Source of the DNA: a virus
Direction: 5' to 3' (one strand)
Virus record (IMG/VR): IMGVR_UViG_3300035492_000103
Span: 10,019-74,018 of that record
Length of the DNA stretch: 64,000 nt
Shown: positions 31,273-39,465 of the stretch, in pieces
How the letters are laid out: every line of letters begins with the position of its first letter
Position numbering within the stretch: position 1 is the stretch's first letter
Program-made: the position numbers and the translations under genes
Notes under the pieces: model-generated
The model's database searches: none
The model's input: only the letters and a program-made list of their open reading frames with translations
Told to the model about the DNA's origin: nothing

Positions 31273-32218
31273 TTATATAATGACGTTTCTGAATACCATA
31301 CACAAGTTGATAGATTTTGTCTTTATCGACAGAATCTGGTAGTGATGATTTTAAAGCTGCTTTGTTAACATTGTCAATCAATTCTTCCAAAGCAGGTTGA
31401 ATCCAAGTTTTGAAATCACGTTCACCTGTTTTAATCGGTAAAATAATATCCCGAACTTCCTTTGAAAGAGGTAATGTCATTTTATGATTTTCAAACATAT
31501 CCAATAATTGATAACCAGCTCTGAATGCATGACTCAATGCTTTAAAATCCACACCTTCATTGATTTCGGCTTGTAATGCTCTATGACCATAATCATTTAA
31601 AGCAGAACTGATACGGTTGATTAACTCTTCAATGGTTATTGTCCATTGATGTAATTTACCCAATACTTCATAACCTGTTTCGTATTTGAAAACATATTCA
31701 TTTTCTGGTAATTTGTCTTTGATTAAATGAATTTTATGTTTAGGTGACATATGGGATAGGTTGCGCAGCGACTCCAACACTTCTCGGAGAGCGTGGATTC
31801 TTGTACCTTTAATACCATACTTCGCAGCCTGTTTCCTTACATACCCGATATATGCACGCATATCCTTACAATAGAATAGTGAACGGTTATCATATAAATC
31901 TATGAATGCTTCTGCACCAGGATATAAAGTTGTATATTGCTCTGTAAGTGGAGCGTGAATCATATCCATAGCAACCATTTCACCCTTAATCAACATTTTT
32001 ACAAATGTCATTAGTGAAAAATGCATATGATCTGTATCTGCACTTGTATTTTTACTACGATTATCACCAGTACCGGTTGAATATGTATCCTTAGCGGTTC
32101 CCATCAATACTTCTTCTAATGTAGGAATAAAAATTGATTTGTAATCCATATCAGAATTAGGTGTGTTGAGACCGTAAAGATGGCTACCGTGAAGAATTGT
32201 AACAATTGGTGGATTCAT
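31265..32218 (-). CDS. Pol-beta-superfamily nucleotidyltransferase (RlaP/NrdC.11-like)
   Basis: HGSHLYGLNTPNSDMDYK, GYVRKQAAKYG, KALSHAFR. Confidence 0.8.
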   Translation of the reverse strand: MNPPIVTILHGSHLYGLNTPNSDMDYKSIFIPTLEEVLMGTAKDTYSTGTGDNRSKNTSADTDHMHFSLMTFVKMLIKGEMVAMDMIHAPLTEQYTTLYPGAEAFIDLYDNRSLFYCKDMRAYIGYVRKQAAKYGIKGTRIHALREVLESLRNLSHMSPKHKIHLIKDKLPENEYVFKYETGYEVLGKLHQWTITIEELINRISSALNDYGHRALQAEINEGVDFKALSHAFRAGYQLLDMFENHKMTLPLSKEVRDIILPIKTGERDFKTWIQPALEELIDNVNKAALKSSLPDSVDKDKIYQLVYGIQKRHYIIG

Positions 32219-32363
32219 TAATTAGTTCCTCAATTAGGGTCATTGCACTCTATAACAGATGCTTTTGACCTATGTATAAAGTCACCATTCACTGTAACCC
32301 ACCCGTAGCCGTAGCTACGGGCCTTGACAATCATTCCATTACGCAGTTTGATTGTCACATATT

Positions 32364-32663
32364 TCATTGTTTTGCTGCTCCGATCATAACTAACATTTTT
32401 GTTAGAGCTGCATTATCATTGCCGAACATTTCAACAGGAACCTTAGTTGTGAAATTATCAACAGGAACACCTTGAATGAGTTGTTCTAATCGTGCCAGTG
32501 CATATTCACGACCAACTTTTTTGTTATAGTTGTCTTTCAATGAACAGAAAGCATAACCTGCATAGACTTTATCACCAATTGTTGTATATGCAACAGTGAA
32601 TTCTTTGAAGTTGTATGCTTTTAATTGTGGGTGAACCCGTTTATGAATATATTTGATTGTCAT
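32364..32663 (-). CDS. Conserved phage hypothetical protein
   Basis: FCSLKDNYNKKVGREYA motif. Confidence 0.6.
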   Translation of the reverse strand: MTIKYIHKRVHPQLKAYNFKEFTVAYTTIGDKVYAGYAFCSLKDNYNKKVGREYALARLEQLIQGVPVDNFTTKVPVEMFGNDNAALTKMLVMIGAAKQ

Positions 32664-32695
32664 GATAAGCTCCTAAATGGAAGTAAGTTGGGTCC

Positions 32696-32881
32696 TTATT
32701 GGACCCGTTGTTGTAAACCTGATTCAAGAATATCTACACATTCTTGAACAAATTCTTGTGGGTAAAAAGTTGACTGTTTTACAGCTTGGATTTCTAGCTC
32801 AATCCGATACACCGGAGTATCTTTACAAGCTAACATATTGCGGTAGAAATTTGTAACTCTGTCTTTGGCTGATTGTTGCAT
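32696..32881 (-). CDS. Hypothetical protein
   Basis: 61 aa downstream of TAGACA/TATAAT promoter near 32920-32950. Confidence 0.55.
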   Translation of the reverse strand: MQQSAKDRVTNFYRNMLACKDTPVYRIELEIQAVKQSTFYPQEFVQECVDILESGLQQRVQ

Positions 32882-32937
32882 GATGTATTTCCTTCTTCAC
32901 GTTTGGTTTCTATGTTACCTATTATAACACGACAATT

Positions 32938-33828
32938 TCACTTGTCTACAACTTTTTCTAAAATTTTTGTTTTTGTTGGTCTTTTACCAAAACCGATAAA
33001 ATGTTTCTTGTCACTTTTAACTATATTTGCAGAAAAAGATACAGTATCACCCTTATTACAATCTTCGAATGCAGTTGGACGGTTGCACATAATTATCCAA
33101 CCTTGTTCAGTTTTAACTGTCATCTTCCAGTTTTCATAAAATTCGTCATATTTTAAACTGATAATTTTACCAACAACATCCATTCTACCCGATGCTAGTT
33201 CTGGAATCATTGATTCCATATTGTATTTTTCTTCAATCTTTTCTTTGTTGTTTTTAAGTTCATTACATAATTTTTCGAATAAGCCGAACTGTTTATTGGA
33301 AATTGAACCATATTTTACCAATTTAGAAACTAACTCATTTGAAACATTTACTGCAAAAGTGAACTCTTTAATGACATCTTGTGTTACAACATCTGTTTTA
33401 TGTTTAAAATGTTCATCGAAAACAGAGGAAACAACATCTTTAATTTTATGTTCTTGGAGTAGTCCCCATGCCTTCATTTTGCCAGCTTTAGCTTTTTTAA
33501 CTGCTTCTTGTTCAGTTCTTGCTCTTTTAAATGTGTCTTCCAATCCAGATTCCATCTTTGCTGCACAATCTAAACCAATTTTTAGATATTCATTTGATGG
33601 ATGGTGATAAAACACTGCATGGTGTACACAATGTGCACCACAAATGTCACAACCAGAATTTTTTGAATGAGTGGCAAAATTACCCTTTGTTTGTTCTCTA
33701 TGAGCTATAAAAATTTTTCTTTGAACAGCTAAAAACAAAGAGTTATATGCATCAAAAACATATACAGCTATAAATGAATAATCATCTAAAATAAGATTTG
33801 AAGGTAGGTGGATATCTGTTCTTTTCAT
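32938..33828 (-). CDS. Hypothetical protein with CxxC motif and possible C-terminal OB fold
   Basis: CDICGAHC...GLDCA; start MKRTD at 33828 after promoter cassette. Confidence 0.6.
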   Translation of the reverse strand: MKRTDIHLPSNLILDDYSFIAVYVFDAYNSLFLAVQRKIFIAHREQTKGNFATHSKNSGCDICGAHCVHHAVFYHHPSNEYLKIGLDCAAKMESGLEDTFKRARTEQEAVKKAKAGKMKAWGLLQEHKIKDVVSSVFDEHFKHKTDVVTQDVIKEFTFAVNVSNELVSKLVKYGSISNKQFGLFEKLCNELKNNKEKIEEKYNMESMIPELASGRMDVVGKIISLKYDEFYENWKMTVKTEQGWIIMCNRPTAFEDCNKGDTVSFSANIVKSDKKHFIGFGKRPTKTKILEKVVDK

Positions 33829-33881
33829 AATAAAATCTCTCACTATCACGATTTGATAGTGAGATTATAAACACTAAAAAT

Positions 33882-34118
33882 TCACTTGTCTACACTTTCA
33901 TGCAACATATTTACAGAAATTCTGTGCCACATCTTTTCTGTTGCAATAACAAGAATCGTGTTTTCTATGAATTCACGTAACTCATAATGGTCGATACATT
34001 CATCTATAGAACCAGGAAAAGTTTTAACAAGATTTGTATTACCAAACTGTATCATAAGACCTGTTCTAGCTATGAACTTATCGTGTTCATTTGGATATTG
34101 ATTATCAGACATTTTCAA
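33882..34118 (-). CDS. Hypothetical protein
   Basis: 78 aa in operon. Confidence 0.5.
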   Translation of the reverse strand: MKMSDNQYPNEHDKFIARTGLMIQFGNTNLVKTFPGSIDECIDHYELREFIENTILVIATEKMWHRISVNMLHESVDK

Positions 34119-34407
34119 TAGTCTTCAATACTACATTAATATGAAATCTGAATTTGTAGATCATCATACGCTCTTTACAGTGGCAAAACATACAACCTTT
34201 ATCTGCACCCATACAACCACATGCCATCACTAGTGGTTCTTTCATGAAATCATATACCAAATTTGATTTTTGTTTTTCTTTGACTCTTTGAACTAGGTGA
34301 TTCAAAGTGTTTGTGTCAATAAGATATTCTGATTCTGGAATATTTTGAAGTTGACAACTTTCGATATGATTTGTAAATAATTTTGAAGCGATTTCAAATT
34401 CTGTCAT
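34105..34407 (-). CDS. Hypothetical protein (Cys cluster)
   Basis: ACGCMG...CMFCHC; shared leader. Confidence 0.6.
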   Translation of the reverse strand: MTEFEIASKLFTNHIESCQLQNIPESEYLIDTNTLNHLVQRVKEKQKSNLVYDFMKEPLVMACGCMGADKGCMFCHCKERMMIYKFRFHINVVLKTIENV

Positions 34408-34476
34408 GATATAAATTCCTTCACTTTAAAATGCTTAAACTGGAGCGTTGAAAGGTGTTATCAACGCAAATAATAT

Positions 34477-34758
34477 TTATGTTGGAAGTTTGACTAAGAA
34501 CTCAACAGTTTCTTTGTCAGAAATTTTCTTCTTAGATAAATTATACACTACTTGTATTGGTACATAATACCCGTACAACACAAAGCCAGTAACATTGTCT
34601 TTTTCTAAATCGTACTGTTCATGTTCCTTTAATGACATCAACGAGTCGATAATAGTTCTAACAATAAAATCTTCACGCATTACCCAGCCGATGTTAACAC
34701 GCATTGTTTTAACGATAATATCACCAGACAATAAATCACATTTCGACGGTAGGCTCAT
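34477..34758 (-). CDS. Hypothetical protein
   Basis: 93 aa ORF. Confidence 0.5.
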   Translation of the reverse strand: MSLPSKCDLLSGDIIVKTMRVNIGWVMREDFIVRTIIDSLMSLKEHEQYDLEKDNVTGFVLYGYYVPIQVVYNLSKKKISDKETVEFLVKLPT

Positions 34759-34795
34759 ATTTAAATACCATATCTACAGTGCTTGTTTTATAAAA

Positions 34796-34871
34796 TGGCA
34801 GGGTGACTAGGATTCGAACCCAGATCACACGGCTTTGGAGGCCGGCATAATAACCATTATACTATCACCCT
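34796..34871 (-). tRNA. tRNA-Trp(CCA)
   Basis: Cloverleaf, AGGGTGA/TCACCCT, encoded CCA. Confidence 0.92.
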
Positions 34872-34872
34872 A

Positions 34873-34954
34873 TGGCGCACCAGGAGGGACTCGAACCCCC
34901 ATACTCCAATTACTCGATTAACGACGGTTTAGAAGACCGTTGAGATACTGGCGC
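34873..34954 (-). tRNA. Atypical tRNA-Arg(TCT)-like RNA lacking a canonical D arm
   Basis: Acceptor, anticodon and T arms plus CCA; only 7 nt between acceptor and anticodon stems; 23-nt variable region. Confidence 0.7.
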
Positions 34955-34958
34955 ATTT

Positions 34959-35110
34959 AACAGACCTATACCATCTTTAAGTCAATTACACTGGAGTCCG
35001 AGAACATTTTATGTAATCTAAATTTGCAGAGCTATCAACCTCTGTTTTACAATGATGGATTAACTCCATCTACCGTTTAGTATGTTTTTTGTTGCCGCAA
35101 TAGGTCTTTG
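34959..35110 (-). ncRNA. Y-RNA-like family member 1 (three internal hairpins)
   Basis: AGACCUAU/AUAGGUCU stem, A.G mismatch, UGCGGCAAC+A6. Confidence 0.65.
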
Positions 35111-35156
35111 AAACTGTATATTAAACTAAACTTGTAACAAAGTAAACAATTATTTT

Positions 35157-35231
35157 TGGAGCATCTAATCGGATTCGAACCGATAATTCCGACTTGGAAG
35201 GACGGCGTGTTACCATTAACACCATAGACGC
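35157..35231 (-). tRNA. tRNA-Gly(TCC)
   Basis: Cloverleaf plus CCA. Confidence 0.93.
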
Positions 35232-35277
35232 ATATTACATGTTCGGCGTTTATATTTAAACTGCCGTGGTAATTAAA

Positions 35278-35383
35278 TTTGTACTTAGCGTGGAATCGAA
35301 CCACTTACTCATCCAGAGCCCAAACAGGAATCGAACCTGTATAACGATAGCTAACCGTGCACCCAATGCTTACCAAGTACAAA
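35278..35383 (-). ncRNA. tRNA-like RNA with two T-arms
   Basis: Terminal stem GUACUUGG/CUAAGUAC; ACAGG-UUCGAUU-CCUGU and GUGG-UUCGAUU-CCAC. Confidence 0.6.
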
Positions 35384-35385
35384 AT

Positions 35386-35473
35386 TGGAGGAAAGTGTAG
35401 GATTCGAACCTATGGAGCTGTTACACCCTAGTGGTTAGCAACCACCTGCATTCGTCCACTCTGCCAACTTTCC
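35386..35473 (-). tRNA. tRNA-Ser(GCT)
   Basis: Cloverleaf with long variable arm plus CCA. Confidence 0.93.
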
Positions 35474-35595
35474 AGATTTCGATGTTATATGAACAATTTT
35501 ACCAGATTTCCGAGCCTTTATATAGGCATCTGCTAACTTTTTCATGTTTTCTTTTTTTTTTTCTTTCTAGTACTGTCATATAATTCTCGGTATTT

Positions 35596-35683
35596 TGGTG
35601 GGGATGGAGAGACTCGAACTCTCACGCCCATTACAGGCCACGGAGTCTAAATCCGTGATGACTACCAATTCCAACACATCCCC
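35596..35683 (-). tRNA. tRNA-Leu(TAG)
   Basis: Cloverleaf with variable arm plus CCA. Confidence 0.93.
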
Positions 35684-35691
35684 GAATTTTT

Positions 35692-35798
35692 TGCAGTACA
35701 AAATCTCAATCTTGACTAAGCGAACTTTGCTAGAAGCTACATTGGCAGCTAATGTACACTCGCACTTCCGAACCCTAGCTCAGCTTAGTTATACTGCA
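35692..35798 (-). ncRNA. Unknown structured RNA
   Basis: Nested stems UGCAGUA/UACUGCA, ACUAAGC/GCUUAGU, GCUAG/CUAGC; no ORF. Confidence 0.45.
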
Positions 35799-35809
35799 TA
35801 ATGAGCTAA

Positions 35810-35920
35810 TTAAACACCTGTGAATCCGTTAGTACAAACCCAAGTTTCATCTTCAAGACCACAGTCTTGTTCGACATTGAAACTGCCGCCACCAACATGG
35901 ACAGGTTTAATAATTGTCAT
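35810..35920 (-). CDS. Small peptide (36 aa)
   Basis: MTIIKPVHVGGGSFNVEQDCGLEDETWVCTNGFTGV; directly after 46-aa ORF. Confidence 0.45.
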   Translation of the reverse strand: MTIIKPVHVGGGSFNVEQDCGLEDETWVCTNGFTGV

Positions 35921-35928
35921 CGTACTGC

Positions 35929-36069
35929 TCATCCCATGTACCCTTCTGATTTAGTGACACCACCAATTTTAATAGGAGATTCGGTATTGGAAATACCTTC
36001 ACCCGTACCGACTCCTAAAAGCTTTTCATCCCATACACCGTGAATATCCCAAATACCTACACTCTTCAT
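35929..36069 (-). CDS. Small Gly-rich peptide (46 aa)
   Basis: MKSVGIWDIHGVWDEKLLGVGTGEG...; GAGGGA RBS. Confidence 0.5.
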   Translation of the reverse strand: MKSVGIWDIHGVWDEKLLGVGTGEGISNTESPIKIGGVTKSEGYMG

Positions 36070-36090
36070 GACTTGTCCCTCTTATTAAAC

Positions 36091-36166
36091 TGGTGGACCG
36101 TACCGGATTCGAACCGATGACTTCTCCGTGCAAGGGAGACGTTTTACCAATTATCACTAACAGCCC
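36091..36166 (-). tRNA. tRNA-Ala(TGC)
   Basis: Cloverleaf, G3.U70, CCA. Confidence 0.93.
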
Positions 36167-36181
36167 AAATTATTCATAAAT

Positions 36182-36258
36182 TGGCAGGAATGACGAGATT
36201 CGAACTCGCGGCCTCCACCGTGACAGGGTGGCGTTCTAACCAACTGAACTACATTCCT
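36182..36258 (-). tRNA. tRNA-Asp(GTC)
   Basis: Cloverleaf plus CCA. Confidence 0.93.
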
Positions 36259-36265
36259 ATAAATC

Positions 36266-37005
36266 TGGAGGGCAGTCTGAGACTTGAACTCAGTGGCTTA
36301 AAAGACACCGAGTTCTTTCAAATCGCTCTCAAACAAGACTTTTAAAGTTCTATAAGAAGGAAACTGTGACCATTTGGCGGCATCTTTCTCTGTCTTATAT
36401 CCCTTTATTTCTATATACTCATCAGAATCTACTAAGTAAAAGTCTGGAGTATATCTTCTAATCTTACCTTCAAACTCGTATGGAAAAGAATCCTTACATC
36501 TTTGCCATTTAATTTGATTTTTATCTAACCATTTAGCGTATTCAAGTTCCCATTTACCATGAAGGTCTACTCCATTATAGTTGTAATGCAGGTTTTTAGT
36601 AAGTGAAACATGCCATTCTCCACTTTCAACCCTTTTGGCAATAGTCGCTTTACGTTTCGCCTTTGTTTCCTCAGATTCATTAGCATTACGTTTTTTGGTG
36701 CCTTCCGATAGTTTCTTTCTGGTTTCATCAGACAGTACATAACTATCATTAGACCATTGATTCACAACACCATTTTCTTTTCTAAGTTTTGCTATCTCTT
36801 TTTGCTTCTCAATATCTTGAAATGGTGTAAATTGTCTTTCAGGATTGAGCTTACAAAATCTTTGATGAGCACTTAAAGAATTGTTATTTTTACATTCTTT
36901 CATACAAAACTTACATTTCATAACAGTAGTCACTTTTGGTAAATACTATTATTTATAAAATATAAGTTTTTAGTCTGCTGCTCTAACCAACTGAGCTAAC
37001 TACCC
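36266..37005 (-). pseudogene. tRNA (probably Lys) split by endonuclease insertion: 5' half 36972-37005, 3' half 36266-36297
   Basis: GGGTAGT pairs ACTGCCC-T-CCA; D arm in one half, T arm in the other. Confidence 0.8.
36298..36921 (-). mobile_element. Putative homing endonuclease (Zn finger + NUMOD3-like + PD-(D/E)XK)
   Basis: CKFC...H.RFC, ETRKKLSE repeats, YTPDFYL..EYIEIKG; own TATAAATA at 36950-57. Confidence 0.8.
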
Positions 37006-37014
37006 ATTAAAATC

Positions 37015-37102
37015 TGGCAGAAGATGTGAGATTCGAACTCACGACCCCCGAAGGAGTGCCGGTTTTCAAGACCGGTGCCTTAAACCTCTCGGCCAATCTT
37101 CT
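37015..37102 (-). tRNA. tRNA-Ser(TGA)
   Basis: Cloverleaf with variable arm plus CCA. Confidence 0.93.
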
Positions 37103-37103
37103 T

Positions 37104-37195
37104 TGGTGGGTGCGGTAGGATTCGAACCTACAATGTTTACCCTGTGGGAACGGATTTACAGTCCGTTGCAACACCACCGTCGTTGCCGCACACCC
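37104..37195 (-). tRNA. tRNA-Tyr(GTA)
   Basis: Cloverleaf with variable arm plus CCA. Confidence 0.9.
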
Positions 37196-37202
37196 TTAAA
37201 CT

Positions 37203-37278
37203 TGGTGGAACCGACTGGAGTCGAACCAGTGACCTTTCCCTTATCAAGAGAATGCTCTACCTATTGAGCTACAGTTCC
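37203..37278 (-). tRNA. tRNA-Ile(GAT)
   Basis: Cloverleaf plus CCA. Confidence 0.93.
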
Positions 37279-37347
37279 GTCCATCGATACTAACGATTCA
37301 TTGGACTTACAGTATGTCACGCCAATTACTGAGCATCAATGGGTGTT

Positions 37348-37422
37348 TGGTACACCATAGCGGAATCGAACCGCTCTTGCAAGGTTGAAAACCTTGAGTC
37401 CTAACCGATAGACGAATGGTGC
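37348..37422 (-). tRNA. tRNA-Glu(TTC)
   Basis: Cloverleaf plus CCA. Confidence 0.93.
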
Positions 37423-37430
37423 ATCAATTC

Positions 37431-37505
37431 TGGTCCGTTGTGAAGGATTCGAACCTTCGTGATCTGCGCCCCAAACGCAGTGGACAACCACTATCCCAAC
37501 AACGG
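37431..37505 (-). tRNA. tRNA-Pro(TGG)
   Basis: Cloverleaf plus CCA. Confidence 0.9.
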
Positions 37506-37515
37506 AAATATATTT

Positions 37516-37589
37516 TGATGCGGGTTGTGAAATCGAATCACATTCTTCTGGCTTATGAGACCAGCAAGATACCTTACCTCCCACCCGCA
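37516..37589 (-). tRNA. tRNA-Met(CAT), initiator-like acceptor, 3' TCA
   Basis: TGCGGGT/ACCCGCA, CTGGT-CTCATAA-GCCAG. Confidence 0.75.
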
Positions 37590-37739
37590 TCAAAATATAC
37601 TTAGAATAAATTTATCGGTCAGAGGTAAGTTACTTCTCACTACACCGTCAAACGGATAACCGAAAATTTATTTATATACCGACAAACCATTTAGATTCTA
37701 CACAAAATTTAACTGGTCACTTCTTGTCGGTATATGTAT

Positions 37740-37768
37740 ATATTAAACTGTTAATTCTACTCTGTCAA
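37740..37768 (-). promoter_or_regulatory. Promoter of the tRNA cluster (TTGACA-N17-TAATAT)
   Basis: -35 at 37763-68, -10 at 37740-45. Confidence 0.75.
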
Positions 37769-37779
37769 CAACTATTTCA

Positions 37780-39180
37780 TTAAATTGTATATCTGTCAAC
37801 ATCTACAACTTTTAACATCATTTCATATGGGTTATATTCTGTTCCACATACTACAGATTTCAACAGAGATGGACTAAAACCAGAAACCAATAGGGCACCA
37901 GTATCATCTTTTTGTACTGGGAAATTATCGTTCCGAGCATTTAGGTTCCAGAATACAACTTGCGGTAAAGTATAACCTTTCTTGGTAAATTCCTTTTTTG
38001 CCCATTCAAAGTTGGTTGAGTTCTTGTTAACATTATAGCCACTAATTCGATTAAATTCCATATCAGAGAAAATCAACAACTGTTCCGGTAAATCTTCCTG
38101 GCTTAATTTGTGTTTCACTGCTGCATCCAAGATTAGTTGGAATGTTGCTTGTAAATTTGTAGAACCACCCCAAGGAGCTGCATAAATTCCTCTGATACGG
38201 TTAGCAAATGTACCTTTAATTTGCATCATCTTAGGACTTTCATCGAAAGTTATAAACTGATCCTTAAAAACACCTTCATTTCGTTCTGCTACATAAAGAC
38301 CTAATGATACCGCAACATCCATACATGAAACTGAACTACCGCCAGCAGAACAATTCATAGATGATGAAACATCAATGACAGGTAAAATCCTAGTCTGTTT
38401 CCCTTCCATGTAATTTGGAAGTGCTTTCCATTGTGCTTCTGCAACAGATTCATTATTAACCATACCATATCTTAATGATTTTACAATATCATAAGGATAA
38501 ACAGCGCCAGCATTGATTTTTGTTTCACCTTTTGATAATGCTTGTTTGTATGCTTCATAACGAACTGCGTCATTTCGATGAAAAGCTGTCATATATCGAG
38601 CAGATGCAACTGATGGTAATTTTGCATAGTCAATTTCTGACCAATTACCAGCAGACATTTTCTGCTCTACAGTATTTGACAAATTCACCAACATTTTACG
38701 TAATGATTTAGGATCCAATCCCATTTTCTTGCGCAGTAAATTAAACATAGGACCTTTGCGAGGTGTCCACTTTGCTGCTAATGCGTTACCTTCCATTAAA
38801 GCATCTGCAGTAATAGAAACAGCTAAATCTTGATACGGTGTATTGATGAACACATGTAAATCATCCCAACGACCAACTTCAACAGTCTTTGCCATAACAC
38901 GGAAAGCATTTTCTTTGTTGATAACCGTCATAACGTTATCACGGAATAACTGTCGTTCACCTGAACCACCACGGATATCACGTGCATGAAATAAAATCTG
39001 ACTTGTCAGTTTTGGATTTTCACCGTATGCTTTCATAACATTATGAGAAATATTCTTTCCACGAGAAGCACCAATTTTGAAAAACAGATCCAGACAAGCA
39101 TCAAGTGTTGAACCATGAGTAACAGCACCATTTTCTGTCAATGACATAGATGTTTGAGTTGCATTGAATAATTTTGACAT
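37780..39180 (-). CDS. TROVE/Ro60-like protein (DUF2828-type) with C-terminal vWA
   Basis: LTENGA, LDLFF, RDIRGGSGER, GRWDDL, AAKWTPR, EAQW, MIDAS DVSSSM, SDMEF, VFWNL, SGFS. Confidence 0.85.
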   Translation of the reverse strand: MSKLFNATQTSMSLTENGAVTHGSTLDACLDLFFKIGASRGKNISHNVMKAYGENPKLTSQILFHARDIRGGSGERQLFRDNVMTVINKENAFRVMAKTVEVGRWDDLHVFINTPYQDLAVSITADALMEGNALAAKWTPRKGPMFNLLRKKMGLDPKSLRKMLVNLSNTVEQKMSAGNWSEIDYAKLPSVASARYMTAFHRNDAVRYEAYKQALSKGETKINAGAVYPYDIVKSLRYGMVNNESVAEAQWKALPNYMEGKQTRILPVIDVSSSMNCSAGGSSVSCMDVAVSLGLYVAERNEGVFKDQFITFDESPKMMQIKGTFANRIRGIYAAPWGGSTNLQATFQLILDAAVKHKLSQEDLPEQLLIFSDMEFNRISGYNVNKNSTNFEWAKKEFTKKGYTLPQVVFWNLNARNDNFPVQKDDTGALLVSGFSPSLLKSVVCGTEYNPYEMMLKVVDVDRYTI

Positions 39181-39224
39181 AACATTTCACTCCATTCGGG
39201 CCCAGGATTAGGCCGTTAAAATTA

Positions 39225-39254
39225 AAAAGCCTAGATATAATAACCTAGGCTTTT
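39225..39254. terminator. Intrinsic terminator
   Basis: aaaagcctag/ctaggctttt. Confidence 0.75.
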
Positions 39255-39273
39255 GTTCATGTAAACACTTTTA

Positions 39274-39465
39274 TTATTTTAATAAATCTAATGAAATAAC
39301 AGATTTACCAGATGAATCCTTTACATCTATTGTTACACCAGTAAAGGTACTTTTTGTTGTGAAAGATAAACCTGTATGTGTACCATTTCCACCGGAAATT
39401 TTTACATTACATTTACCATTATCTTTTACTGTAGCTTCGGTTAAAAAATCTTTAAAACTTTTCAT
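39274..39465 (-). CDS. Putative internal head protein
   Basis: MKSFKDFLTE resembles T4 capsid-targeting sequence MKTYQEFIAE; TATAAATA at about 39487-94. Confidence 0.65.
   Translation of the reverse strand: MKSFKDFLTEATVKDNGKCNVKISGGNGTHTGLSFTTKSTFTGVTIDVKDSSGKSVISLDLLK

Noticed and set aside
35474-35579. Small ORF MTVLERK... between tRNA-Leu and tRNA-Ser
   Set aside because: Interrupted at a T11 run and would run into tRNA-Ser; too weak to call.
35929-36069. Lasso or microcin precursor
   Set aside because: No maturation enzymes nearby and no convincing leader/core pattern.
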